Assembly: GCA_020632075.1 (NCBI GenBank)
Contig: JACKGH010000001.1
Coordinates: forward strand, 323,216-387,215
Length of the DNA: 64,000 bases
Origin: Candidatus Nomurabacteria bacterium
Lineage (GTDB): Bacteria; Patescibacteriota; Minisyncoccia; Phycocordibacterales; UBA918
Direction: 5' to 3'
Shown piece after piece: positions 46,620 through 56,308 of the stretch. The notes under the pieces are model-generated. The model did not search any database. It saw only the letters and a program-made list of their open reading frames with translations, and had not been told where the DNA came from. The stretch's first letter is position 1. Every line of letters starts with the position of its first letter. The translations under genes were made by a program, and so were the position numbers.

Positions 46620-46890
46620 AACTCGATAATGTGAGCCAGCTTCCGAACCAACCACAACTGCGGAGGTTCGTACGCTCTAGTTCCAACATCACCAGGTCGC
46701 ACTGAAACATGTCTGAGGTCTCTGGTAATCAGATCTCAGACACGCTCCCCTCCGTGTGGAGAGTTGCGACTGGTTCGGAAACTAGCTCTGTATACTTCTT
46801 TCAAAGTATACCACTATCTCCCACCACTCCTATATTCTATACCATCTCATCCCACCAGCAACCACTTTATACACAGGTGCCCCCACAAAC

Positions 46891-46925
46891 AAAAAGCGCG
46901 GCTCGCTTCGCGAGCCGCGCTTTTT
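46891..46925. terminator. Bidirectional terminator aaaaagcgcggctcg-cttcg-cgagccgcgcttttt
   Basis: 15-bp arms with flanking A5 and T5 runs. Confidence 0.85.
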
Positions 46926-46933
46926 GTTCCCTA

Positions 46934-47368
46934 TCACTTCACATGGTAACTCTTTGAATCCTTCTTCAGTTTGTACACCTTATACACCTTAAAGATCTGT
47001 AGGAAGCGCAGCATGGCCAGATTACCAATAAAGTGTGGAGCTAAGAGCGACACGATCACGAGCGCGTTGATGATGGAATAGAGTGAAAAGAATTTTTTGT
47101 CCGGAATATACACAAACACCGAACGCAGTGTGAACTCCATCAAGAAGATCATACCGAAGACGATCTCAAGATCGCGTACAGTCGTATGGAACGCATGACT
47201 GACATGCATGTACCCCAACCCTTCAGCTACATCAACCGCAAAAACAACGAGCAGCAAAACATTGATGACAAGGAGAATGTTGTTGAGTATGTAATTTTCC
47301 CTAGTACCAAGATCGAAGGCGTTGTCGACAACGGTCAGTACTTTCAGTTTTTCTTCTGGAAACGGCAT
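46934..47368 (-). CDS. 4-TM membrane protein resembling a standalone voltage-sensor domain (S4-like LRFLQIFKVYKVYKLKK)
   Basis: Four hydrophobic segments. The last has basic residues at every third position. The second TM contains E/R (MEFTLRS). Confidence 0.4.
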   Translation of the reverse strand: MPFPEEKLKVLTVVDNAFDLGTRENYILNNILLVINVLLLVVFAVDVAEGLGYMHVSHAFHTTVRDLEIVFGMIFLMEFTLRSVFVYIPDKKFFSLYSIINALVIVSLLAPHFIGNLAMLRFLQIFKVYKVYKLKKDSKSYHVK

Positions 47369-47382
47369 GTCCTAGTGTAGCA

Positions 47383-48852
47383 CTATCCTTCGCTTGATTC
47401 TGACTTCGGCTTCATCAGTGGGAACAACTGCGTCTCGCGGATCGGTTTCCCGGCGAGGAATGAAAAAAGCCGTTCACCAAAACCAAAACCGCAAGTCGGC
47501 GGCATACCGTACTCGAGCATCTCGACAAATTCCCAATCAGACATCATCGCTTCATCATCGCCGGCTTCAAGGAGCTGCTTCTGAACTTCAAAACGCTGTC
47601 GCTGATCGATCGGATCATTAAGCTCACTATACCCTCTTCCCACTTCAGAACCAGCGATGATCGGCTGGAACATTTCAACCGTACTACCATCTGCGCGAGT
47701 CTTCGCCAGTGGAGCGACAAGCTTAGGGTGGTTTACCAAGAATGCTGGACCAGCGATATGCTTGCGACAGTACTTCCACAGTGTGTCAGTCAGTCGCTCA
47801 CGATTACTTCCCTCGTACTCGACACCAAGCTCCTGTAGCTTCGCGCGCATATCGTCATCACTCGCAGTGATGATGTTGATCCCTGTTTGCTTTTCTACTT
47901 CAGTCACGTAGTCGATCTCTACCCATTCGTCTGCCAAATCAAAACTATGTCCACGCATTTCAAACTGTGTGGTACCAAATACCTTGCGCGCGATCTCAAT
48001 GTATAGATTGCGGACTAACTCCATGCCGTCGCGATAGTCAGCATACGCCCAGTAAAATTCAATATTGGTAAATTCCTGAAGATGTTCTGGACTTGAACCT
48101 TCATTGCGGAAGACCTTGCCGATCTCAAAGGTCTTTGGGAAACCAGCAGCCATCAGACGCTTCTGCCAGAGCTCGCCGACAGAAATACGAAGATAGCCAT
48201 CGAGATCGTAGTCGTTATGGTGCGTAATGAATGGACGAGCTTCAGCGCCACCAGTAGTGGTTTCAAAAAACGGGGTCTCTACTTCAAGAAAATCATGTCG
48301 CTTCATGAAGTCACGGATCACATCCCAAAACTGTGCCTTCTTTACGAAGAGATCGCGAGTTTCCGGATCGAGCAAAAGATCAAGGTAGCGTTTACGGTAA
48401 CGTTCCTCTTCATCTTTGATGCCAAAGTGCTCAGTCGGAATATTAGTAAGCGCCTTACCAAGCACCCGCCATTCTTTCACTAGCACAGCTTGGGTACCAC
48501 GCTTCGTGAGATATGCTGGACCAGTGATCTCAATGAAGTCTCCCGTACTCATAGTTTCAAGGAGCTGCGCAAAATTTTCCTCACCCATGTCTTCCTTTGA
48601 GCAAAACGCTTGGAGCTTACCAGTGCCATCCATTACGTCGATAAAGCCGATGGCGCCATGCTCACGAAACGCAAGTATGCGACCACCAATGGTCACTGGC
48701 AATTGTGATTCGAGCAGATGCTCAAAATCAGCTACTACCGAAGCGACCGTGTGCGTAATGTTCGTATCAGATGGATACGGGTTGATACCTAATTCTTGTA
48801 GGCGGGCGATCTTTCGTTCACGATCGGCGCGCAGATCCTCAATGTTTGACAT
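47383..48852 (-). CDS. lysS: Lysyl-tRNA synthetase (class II)
   Basis: N-terminal OB-fold anticodon-binding domain. Class II motifs (FRNEGSSPEHLQEFT, GFGFGERL). RYRKRYLDLL. Confidence 0.9.
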   Translation of the reverse strand: MSNIEDLRADRERKIARLQELGINPYPSDTNITHTVASVVADFEHLLESQLPVTIGGRILAFREHGAIGFIDVMDGTGKLQAFCSKEDMGEENFAQLLETMSTGDFIEITGPAYLTKRGTQAVLVKEWRVLGKALTNIPTEHFGIKDEEERYRKRYLDLLLDPETRDLFVKKAQFWDVIRDFMKRHDFLEVETPFFETTTGGAEARPFITHHNDYDLDGYLRISVGELWQKRLMAAGFPKTFEIGKVFRNEGSSPEHLQEFTNIEFYWAYADYRDGMELVRNLYIEIARKVFGTTQFEMRGHSFDLADEWVEIDYVTEVEKQTGINIITASDDDMRAKLQELGVEYEGSNRERLTDTLWKYCRKHIAGPAFLVNHPKLVAPLAKTRADGSTVEMFQPIIAGSEVGRGYSELNDPIDQRQRFEVQKQLLEAGDDEAMMSDWEFVEMLEYGMPPTCGFGFGERLFSFLAGKPIRETQLFPLMKPKSESSEG

Positions 48853-48934
48853 GGTTGTTATCCTAGCGTGAGTTGCGGAAAAAGAAAAGGCCGGAAGCGT
48901 AGCTTCCGGCCTTTTCTTTTACACACTGCAGTAC

Positions 48935-49405
48935 TTACGCAACCTTAAGCACCTTATACTTCTGCTTCCCTACAGGAGTCTCAAATTCAAACTCATCGCC
49001 CTTCTTCTTCCCCATAAGTGCTTCACCGAGTGGTGAAAGGTATGAGAGCTTGCGATCATGAATGTTTGCCTCATCTGAACCAACGATCGTGTATTCCTTC
49101 TTATCCTTATCACCAGTCTTCTGGATAGACACCACAGAACCAAGACCAACTACATCACCATGCTTGTCGTGAGAAACGATCTTCGCTTCCTTGATGGTCT
49201 TCTCGAGGTAGCCAATACGCTCTTCGATTGCAGCCTGCATATCGCGCGCTTCCTGGTACTCAGCGTTTTCCGAAAGGTCACCGAGGCTTCGAGCGTACTC
49301 GAGTGATTCAGCAACTTCCTTTCGGCGAACGGTTTTTAAGTGATCTAACTCCTTCTTCAGTTCATCGAACTTCTCTGGGGTCAAAAAGGCTTGTGTGTCA
49401 TTCAT
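48935..49405 (-). CDS. greA: Transcription elongation factor GreA
   Basis: N-terminal coiled-coil with acidic tip (EDLRENAEYQEARD-like: LSENAEYQEARDMQ) and a C-terminal FKBP-like domain. Confidence 0.9.
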   Translation of the reverse strand: MNDTQAFLTPEKFDELKKELDHLKTVRRKEVAESLEYARSLGDLSENAEYQEARDMQAAIEERIGYLEKTIKEAKIVSHDKHGDVVGLGSVVSIQKTGDKDKKEYTIVGSDEANIHDRKLSYLSPLGEALMGKKKGDEFEFETPVGKQKYKVLKVA

Positions 49406-49471
49406 ACGTAAAAATTTCCCCTCATTATACGCATGAATGTGATGGGGTCAATGTTCATAAAAAATACCCAA

Positions 49472-51208
49472 CTATTCAGTCTCTGTTTCAGCCTCAATCC
49501 CCAAATACTCCGGGCGGTTTTCAGCCATCCACGCGACCACCTGCCCCATGATCGTCGTGGCACCAAGACGATTGCTACGCGGCGCCTTATCCATCATGAG
49601 AATAAAGGCGTACTCAGGCTCTTCGTACGGCCAGAAGCCCGCGGCCCAGGAGTTGACGTACGCATTGCCAGAACCGATCTCTGCAGTACCTGATTTCGCC
49701 GCAACCGCCACATCCTTCCGCTCAAGGCCGCGGGCGGTTCCTCCGTCCATGATCACGGTCTTGCGCATACCCTCGTGAATAATCTTTAGATATTCTGGAT
49801 CAAGATCAATATCATGCGACTCCCCTACCTCTCCTTGAATCACGTGTGGGTTGATAAGAGTGCCACCGTTTGCGAGTGCGCCATAGGCACGCAACATCTG
49901 GATCGGTGTTGCCAAAAAACCAAATTGGCCAATAGCAGTAAAGTACGTATCACCAAGACGCCAATCATCATTGAACACTTCTTGTTTCCAAGCAGGATCA
50001 GGCACTACACCAGCCTGCTCTTGCGCAAGTGGAATACCGGTCTTCTCGCCCATACCAAAGCGGCGATAGTTGGCGGCCATCTTAGTAATACCAAGACCAG
50101 TAAGTGGTGCATTTACTCCAGCCTGTGGTACCGCAATCTCCGGCAAGCCACCACCGATAATGTAGAAGTAAACGTTCGAAGAAAACGCGATTGCCTCACG
50201 CATTGTCATCGAACCATGAGCCCGCCAGTCATTGAAATACGACGGATTACTTGGATTGTATGGATTTGGGATCGTAATCGAGCCATTGCTGTATATCTCG
50301 CGATTTGGATCGATCACACCATGCTCAAGCGCCGCATACGCCACAAATGGCTTCACGATCGACCCGGGTGTATACGCGCCACCAATTACTTTATTCAAAA
50401 ATGGCAGCTGCGGATCGTTGTTGTACTGATCGATCAGATCAACATCGTCACCATCAGCCATCACTTCTGGGTCGTACGAAGGATAACTAGTGAGCGCAAT
50501 GATTTCACCGGTATGCACATTCATGATCGCACCCGCACCACTACGAAAACCAGCCTTCTCAGTAGAGGTGGCGATAATGTCATACATGACCTCAGAGAGC
50601 TCAGCATCGATCGAAAGAGTAATCGCACCACCTTCAGTCGGTGCATTGATCGCAAATTCACTCACGACGTCACTGAGCGCATCTACCTCCACGATCTTGC
50701 TGCCATTGGAACCCTTAAGGAGGTCATCATATGCGAGCTCTACACCACTACGACCAAGATAATCTGTTCGAAAAAAGAAGCCACTCGAGTCTTTCTTTGG
50801 ATAACTTACGTAGCCAAGCACCTGCCCGAGACCAGCTCGATCAGTATATGCACGGATCGGAAAATCATACTCGCCCGTCTCATCAACTTCATTCCAAACC
50901 AACATCTCACCTCGACGGTCATACACTACCCCACGCTCAGCAATGATAAGTGCCTTATCGACGCGATTGTTTTCAGCGATCTGCCGATACTCCTCGCCGT
51001 GTACCACCTGCAAACTAAATACTTTCCACAAAAACACCGAAGCGATCAAAAAGAAAATGAGCCAAATGGTGCGGACATTCTGTTGCGTCAGTGGAAGCTC
51101 TCGCTTCCCTTCCATTCGACCACGATTAAAGGCAGGGATGTTCGATGCATCCAAAAGTACTTCCTCCACTTCTACCTGTTTAGTATACCGATCCTGTAGT
51201 CGAGACAT
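49472..51208 (-). CDS. mrdA: Peptidoglycan D,D-transpeptidase MrdA (PBP2)
   Basis: SxxK (GSIVKP), SxN and KSGT (AAKSGTAEI). Located after mreBCD. Confidence 0.85.
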   Translation of the reverse strand: MSRLQDRYTKQVEVEEVLLDASNIPAFNRGRMEGKRELPLTQQNVRTIWLIFFLIASVFLWKVFSLQVVHGEEYRQIAENNRVDKALIIAERGVVYDRRGEMLVWNEVDETGEYDFPIRAYTDRAGLGQVLGYVSYPKKDSSGFFFRTDYLGRSGVELAYDDLLKGSNGSKIVEVDALSDVVSEFAINAPTEGGAITLSIDAELSEVMYDIIATSTEKAGFRSGAGAIMNVHTGEIIALTSYPSYDPEVMADGDDVDLIDQYNNDPQLPFLNKVIGGAYTPGSIVKPFVAYAALEHGVIDPNREIYSNGSITIPNPYNPSNPSYFNDWRAHGSMTMREAIAFSSNVYFYIIGGGLPEIAVPQAGVNAPLTGLGITKMAANYRRFGMGEKTGIPLAQEQAGVVPDPAWKQEVFNDDWRLGDTYFTAIGQFGFLATPIQMLRAYGALANGGTLINPHVIQGEVGESHDIDLDPEYLKIIHEGMRKTVIMDGGTARGLERKDVAVAAKSGTAEIGSGNAYVNSWAAGFWPYEEPEYAFILMMDKAPRSNRLGATTIMGQVVAWMAENRPEYLGIEAETETE

Positions 51209-51212
51209 AGAT

Positions 51213-51464
51213 CTACCTAAAGTTAACCAGCTTAGGTTTAAGATATTCTACAACCAAATACCACCACACTGCCACCATGCTGGTAAGCGGCAACGAATAG
51301 AAATTACCAAAGTACCCATCAACCAAGAACGCCAACGGGATCAGCGCAACCGCACCATACCGAAAGCTAAAGATCAGCACAGCAAGGACGGTCAAGAGCA
51401 GCCATTGCTGCATAAATGAAAAGAGAATGGTCAGATATAATACGATCGCAGTCAAGAATCTCAT
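51213..51464 (-). CDS. MreD-like small membrane protein
   Basis: 83-aa polytopic hydrophobic protein sitting between mreC and mrdA. Confidence 0.4.
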   Translation of the reverse strand: MRFLTAIVLYLTILFSFMQQWLLLTVLAVLIFSFRYGAVALIPLAFLVDGYFGNFYSLPLTSMVAVWWYLVVEYLKPKLVNFR

Positions 51465-52381
51465 ATATCATCAGTGCTAGTAGCCGTCGTAGAGGCGGTC
51501 GTGGTGGCGATTTCAGCTGCGGAGACACCATCGATCACCAAACTGGTTCGCATGATGCTAAGGATGTTTTCATCGACCTCTTCCGTACTTTTTGAGATCT
51601 GTGACAATGTACCAACAGCGACGTAATGCAAGCCTGAGATCGCCAATTCAGGCGTGATGTATCCATACTGCTCAGGCTGAGTCGGTTCATTCTCTACATA
51701 CGAGATCCGCCCGAATACACCCGGGTCGATACTTGGCAGATACACTAAATTCCCTTTTGTGATCGGGATCCCCTGCGGCACCCGAACACGCGCCACACCG
51801 CCACCATACCCTTCCATATGCACCACCACATTCGGTCCAGAAATGAAAGCAGTGGCCTTAAAGCCCGGGGTTGTGATCAACTCCACAAATGAGTATGTCT
51901 CTGCAGCATGCACCACCAGGCCGATCACCACGTCTTCACTGATATACACTGGCGCGCCAACTGCCACCCCATGTTTCGTGCCTCTATCGATCTCTAGCAG
52001 GTCATACGGAAGCTCATTTGGCCGTGCGATCACTGCAGCGGCGATGCGTTCCTCTCCCTGTACTCCAAGCAGTCTCCGCAATAAATTGTTCTCTTCAGAG
52101 AGTCGCTGCATGGTCACATCGTCGCCACCAGCAACCACTAACTTATCTTCAAGCTGCGCGATCTCCTCGGTCAACGCTTTACGAGTACGAATGAAACTCG
52201 GCACCAAGCTGGTCGATTCTTCTAGCCAGACATTGGTAACATGGATCGGATACATGACCACGGCCGAGACAGTCGAGAAGATACGTGGCAAAAGCACGCC
52301 CAATCCAATGAGCGCCACAGAAACAACAACGATCTGCACTAGTCGACGACGACTAGAGTTGTGTCGCGATCGAGCCTTCAT
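51461..52381 (-). CDS. mreC: Rod shape-determining protein MreC
   Basis: N-terminal TM, a coiled-coil (EEIAQLEDKLV...), and C-terminal beta-domains with the G-rich motif. Confidence 0.8.
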   Translation of the reverse strand: MKARSRHNSSRRRLVQIVVVSVALIGLGVLLPRIFSTVSAVVMYPIHVTNVWLEESTSLVPSFIRTRKALTEEIAQLEDKLVVAGGDDVTMQRLSEENNLLRRLLGVQGEERIAAAVIARPNELPYDLLEIDRGTKHGVAVGAPVYISEDVVIGLVVHAAETYSFVELITTPGFKATAFISGPNVVVHMEGYGGGVARVRVPQGIPITKGNLVYLPSIDPGVFGRISYVENEPTQPEQYGYITPELAISGLHYVAVGTLSQISKSTEEVDENILSIMRTSLVIDGVSAAEIATTTASTTATSTDDI

Positions 52382-53423
52382 GGTCGATTAGTATGTCTTG
52401 GTATTCATCAAGACTCTCGATAACGATCCCTGCGCCACGAATGACAGCACGGAGCGGATCTGGCACCACAATAACTGGCACCTGGAGATCGTGTTCAAGG
52501 AGTGGAGCGAGGCCAGGGATAAGTGCTCCACCTCCAGAGAGATGAATGCCACGCTGCATAATGTCAGCCAAAACCTCTGGCGGGGTGTCCTCAAGAACAT
52601 TGCGCACGGTCTCCACGATCGTATCGACCTGTCCAGCTACGGCATCACGAACATCTGTGTCGGTAATAACCACCTCACGCGGCAAACCAGTCACTGCATC
52701 ACGACCGCGCGCTACCAGCTCTTTACCAGCATCTGAGTGTGCGATCGAGGCAAGTGCGATCTTCGCATCTTCAGCCGTCTTTTCACCCACATGCACTTTG
52801 AACTGATCACGAATGTACGACATGATCGATGCGTTGAGGTGGTCACCTGCCACACGTAAGTTGCGAGACACTACCAGGCCACTGAGCGAGATGACAGCAA
52901 TATCAGTCGTACCACCTCCGATATCGATGATCATGCTTCCAACTGCTTTCGAGATAGGCAGCTTCGCACCGATCGCCGCCGCCATTGGTTCTTCGATCAA
53001 GAATACGTCGCGAGCACCAGCATTTTTCGCTGCATCTTGCGCCGCGCGCATTTCTACATTGGTGATACCAGACGGCACACCAATCAACATGCGCGGCGCC
53101 ACCAACGACCTCATTTCATTACGCACCTTACCGATAAGGTACGCCAACATCTCTTCTGCCACTTCAAAGTCTGAGATCACTCCATCGACCAATGGACGCA
53201 CCACGTCGATGTGTTGTGGGGTGCGTCCTTGCATCGTCTTTGCTTCGTTACCCACCGCCACTAGTTGGCCAGTTTTCTTGTTGATCGCAACAATGGTCGG
53301 CTCGTTGAGCACGATCCCGCGACCCTTTACATACACCAATGTGTTGGCTGTACCAAGGTCGATCGCCATATCGGTAGAGACCGCCGAAAGCAGCGCGTTC
53401 AATTGTCGCGTGAATACGTTCAT
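52353..53423 (-). CDS. mreB: Rod shape-determining protein MreB
   Basis: Actin-fold motifs DLGTANTLVY, IDIGGGTTDIAV and GGGALIPGL. Confidence 0.95.
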   Translation of the reverse strand: MNVFTRQLNALLSAVSTDMAIDLGTANTLVYVKGRGIVLNEPTIVAINKKTGQLVAVGNEAKTMQGRTPQHIDVVRPLVDGVISDFEVAEEMLAYLIGKVRNEMRSLVAPRMLIGVPSGITNVEMRAAQDAAKNAGARDVFLIEEPMAAAIGAKLPISKAVGSMIIDIGGGTTDIAVISLSGLVVSRNLRVAGDHLNASIMSYIRDQFKVHVGEKTAEDAKIALASIAHSDAGKELVARGRDAVTGLPREVVITDTDVRDAVAGQVDTIVETVRNVLEDTPPEVLADIMQRGIHLSGGGALIPGLAPLLEHDLQVPVIVVPDPLRAVIRGAGIVIESLDEYQDILIDHEGSIATQL

Positions 53424-53463
53424 TTGCGGGCTATTGTACTATGATTTCAGATTCAAAACAAAA

Positions 53464-53486
53464 ACGACCCGGATTTACCAGGTCGT
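53464..53486 (-). terminator. Terminator (minus strand) acgacc-tggtaaatccg-ggtcgt followed by ttttgtttt
   Basis: 6-bp stem with a T-run, downstream of the stop at 53527. Confidence 0.6.
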
Positions 53487-53526
53487 TACGTGTTTTTTGG
53501 ATCCTTTGAGCGTTCTGAGCACAACA

Positions 53527-53871
53527 TCACAGTTTCGCATGCAAACGTCGATAGTAGTCAAGTCTGTACTCGTCGCATAGTACACCAGGACGAGACAGGT
53601 AATCCTCTACCGAAAATTGTGCAAACTGGCTGTAGCGATCGCGATTGGCAAATGAATCCACCACGATCGGTGCACCATTTGGACGGATCGACTCAGGCCG
53701 AGCAAGCACTTGCTGTGCCGCCAGCAATTGTTCGGTCGTAACTGCCAACAACACGATTGGTGTGTCGGTCTGCAATACTTTGACCAACAGTCGACGCATC
53801 TTTGCGTGCTGCTCTGCCAGCACATCCAGCTGAAGTTGCTTGATCCTCTTGAGCAGTTTTTCTGAGCTCAT
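53527..53871 (-). CDS. Hypothetical protein (114 aa)
   Basis: ORF between proS and mreB with no recognisable motif. Confidence 0.4.
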   Translation of the reverse strand: MSSEKLLKRIKQLQLDVLAEQHAKMRRLLVKVLQTDTPIVLLAVTTEQLLAAQQVLARPESIRPNGAPIVVDSFANRDRYSQFAQFSVEDYLSRPGVLCDEYRLDYYRRLHAKL

Positions 53872-53934
53872 CGGACACCCCCTTGGGTAAGTTGCCGTAG
53901 ACTTCTGATGTAGAATTATGACACTTATAAATAA

Positions 53935-55200
53935 TTAGTCAATACTCTCTGAAGCAAAGTCTGCATACAGCTCCTCCTCGGTAAGGTTACGAACTTCACC
54001 AGTTGCGCGGGTTACCACTTCAAACGTACCAGCTTCTTTCCCCTTTCGACTCACTACGACGCGGTATGGAATACCGATCAGATCACTGTCTGCAAATTTT
54101 TCGCCTGGCCGTGCATCACGATCATCAAACAAAACATCGACTCCTCGATTCTTTAGTGCAGCATAGATACCATCTGCCCAGTCACGAATCTCTTCGTCTT
54201 CCAAATTAAGGCCCACAAGATGCACTTGGTATGGAGCGATCGATGCTGGCCAGACCACCCCCTTTTCGTCGGCAAATTTTTCCACCACCACGCCCATCAC
54301 ACGAGTGACGCCAATACCGTAAGAACCCATCCACACTGCTGTACGTTCTCCAGCTTCGTTATTGTAAAAAAGTCCAGCATCTTCCGCTTTGTGTCGCCCG
54401 AAGTTGAAGATGTTTCCCACTTCTGCAGTCTTGGTCTCGACCAGCTCTTCTCGAGCCACACCCAGCTCGGCTAGATTCGCCTGTTCAAGTACTTCTTCAT
54501 TGATCGCGATCCCCTTTTCTTTACAGATGTATGTAATATCTTCTCCCGCTTCACATATTGTCTGGAACTCATGACTGAATTCGGTGAACGCACCACCTGC
54601 CGCAAAGGTCACGTACGTATCTTCACCAATACCCACTCGCTCAAACACTTTGGTGTATGCTTGCTTCTGCGCCTCGTACATTGTCTCATGTTGTTCTTCG
54701 GTGTCAGCAAACGAATACGCATCTTTCATTAAAAACTCGCGGCCGCGCATGATACCACTCTTGGCACGCAACTCATTACGAAGTTTATTCTGGAACTGAT
54801 AGATCATCTTTGGCAGATCTTTGTAGCTCGCGATGTGATTACGCATCATATTCGCGAGAGGTTCTTCATGACTCCAGCCAAAGCCGATCTCACCACCAGC
54901 CTTAAGGTCTGACTTAAACCACACATCGACGATCTCATCGTCCCAACGGTTAGTACGTTCCCACACTTCCTTTGACTGCATCGCGGTTGCCAGCATTTCT
55001 TGAGCGCCGATCTCATTCATTTCTTCGCGGACGATCTGTTTGATCTTCTCAACGACCCGCAAGCCGAGCGGCAAGAGCTGGTACACACCAGCCATTTCCT
55101 TATGCAAATACCCCGCCCGGATCAACAACTGCGCGTTCTTCGCTTGCTCATCAGCAGGAGCTTCTTTTTGAGTTTTAGTGAAAAGTTGTGTTTGTCGCAT
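53935..55200 (-). CDS. proS: Prolyl-tRNA synthetase, short bacterial-type without the INS editing insertion
   Basis: N-terminus MRQTQLFTKTQKEAPADE, class II motifs (FRDE-like: MRGREFLMKDAYSF) and a C-terminal anticodon-binding domain. Only 421 aa. Confidence 0.9.
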   Translation of the reverse strand: MRQTQLFTKTQKEAPADEQAKNAQLLIRAGYLHKEMAGVYQLLPLGLRVVEKIKQIVREEMNEIGAQEMLATAMQSKEVWERTNRWDDEIVDVWFKSDLKAGGEIGFGWSHEEPLANMMRNHIASYKDLPKMIYQFQNKLRNELRAKSGIMRGREFLMKDAYSFADTEEQHETMYEAQKQAYTKVFERVGIGEDTYVTFAAGGAFTEFSHEFQTICEAGEDITYICKEKGIAINEEVLEQANLAELGVAREELVETKTAEVGNIFNFGRHKAEDAGLFYNNEAGERTAVWMGSYGIGVTRVMGVVVEKFADEKGVVWPASIAPYQVHLVGLNLEDEEIRDWADGIYAALKNRGVDVLFDDRDARPGEKFADSDLIGIPYRVVVSRKGKEAGTFEVVTRATGEVRNLTEEELYADFASESID

Positions 55201-55204
55201 ACGT

Positions 55205-56305
55205 CTAGAGCAAATTAGCAATATCCTTGTACGTTACTACTATCATAAGGAGCATTAGGAGCGCAAACCCTACCAGGTTGACACGCCCTGCCCACTCGGG
55301 CGGGATCCGCTTGCGCGTGGCAGCTTCGATTACCACAAAGACCAATCGGCCGCCATCGAGTGCTGGGAATGGCAATAGGTTGATAACCGCCAAGTTGAGT
55401 GAGATGATCGCAGTGAATTCAAGTAGTTTAATGAAACCTTCTGAAGCAGCGTCACCCACAAGTCCAACGATACCAACTGGTCCAGTCACCTGCGAGAAGT
55501 CAGCATCGCCAACGATCGCCTGACTGATCAGATGCCACAATCCGGACATGATCCCCGTAAGGCCATACCAGGTCGCTTTACTCGCACTTACGAGAGATGC
55601 GAAGAATGACTGTTGCTGCGTCTCGAGCATGTAGAGGGAAGCACCAACAACATATCTTTCTGGATCATCTTGATCTAGTCCTTGTTGTGGAGTGAGCTCA
55701 ACGCTTTCAGTTCCTTCTTTGGTCTTGTATGTCACTAGCACAGGATTCGGTGCCGCTTCAGAAACCGCTGTACTGAACTCACTCGCAGAAGGACCTTCAA
55801 TGAACTGCCCATTGTACTCAATTGCGGTAATGGTCGTAGCTGGCGGCAGTACTGCTGCCGGACTGTCTGGTTGTACCGCAGCCACATAGAGCACAGCTTC
55901 ATCAGAAGCTTTTGATTCCTCAACCGGCAAAGTAACCCCCGCCATGAACATGATCACAAACAAAAACCACGCAAAGATGATGTTCATTGCTACGCCCGCA
56001 ACCAGCACCAGAGCCTGCGCCCATTTCGGTTTTGCACTGAAGCCGCGGTCTTTGTCTTTCGCATTCTCTTCATCTTCTACGTCTTCATAATTTTCTCCCC
56101 AGATCTTTACAAACCCACCGATCGGAAGCCAGTTCAATGTGTACTCAGTCTCATCTCCTTTACGCCGAAAGCCTGCGGCTTTCGGCGGAAACCCAATACC
56201 AAATTCATCAACCCGCATACCGGTCTTCTTGGCAGTGATGAAATGACCCCATTCATGAACCAGAATGAGTACGAAAAGTACGAGAAAGAAAATAATGATA
56301 GACAT
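55205..56305 (-). CDS. rseP: RIP metalloprotease RseP (M50 site-2 protease)
   Basis: HEWGHF zinc motif in TM1, a PDZ-like segment and the LDGG motif. Confidence 0.9.
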   Translation of the reverse strand: MSIIIFFLVLFVLILVHEWGHFITAKKTGMRVDEFGIGFPPKAAGFRRKGDETEYTLNWLPIGGFVKIWGENYEDVEDEENAKDKDRGFSAKPKWAQALVLVAGVAMNIIFAWFLFVIMFMAGVTLPVEESKASDEAVLYVAAVQPDSPAAVLPPATTITAIEYNGQFIEGPSASEFSTAVSEAAPNPVLVTYKTKEGTESVELTPQQGLDQDDPERYVVGASLYMLETQQQSFFASLVSASKATWYGLTGIMSGLWHLISQAIVGDADFSQVTGPVGIVGLVGDAASEGFIKLLEFTAIISLNLAVINLLPFPALDGGRLVFVVIEAATRKRIPPEWAGRVNLVGFALLMLLMIVVTYKDIANLL

Positions 56306-56308
56306 GGG

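Noticed and set aside
46656-46890. Possible SRP RNA, 6S RNA or RNase P RNA in the mraZ upstream region
   Set aside because: Neither the conserved SRP domain IV motif nor RNase P/tmRNA signature sequences are present. Retained only as a generic structured leader.
49814-51199. 461-aa plus-strand ORF
   Set aside because: Antisense to mrdA (PBP2), which has unambiguous SxxK/SxN/KTG motifs. No RBS, and the composition is the mirror of the real gene.
52813-53580. 255-aa plus-strand ORF
   Set aside because: Antisense to mreB, which is unmistakable. Spurious.
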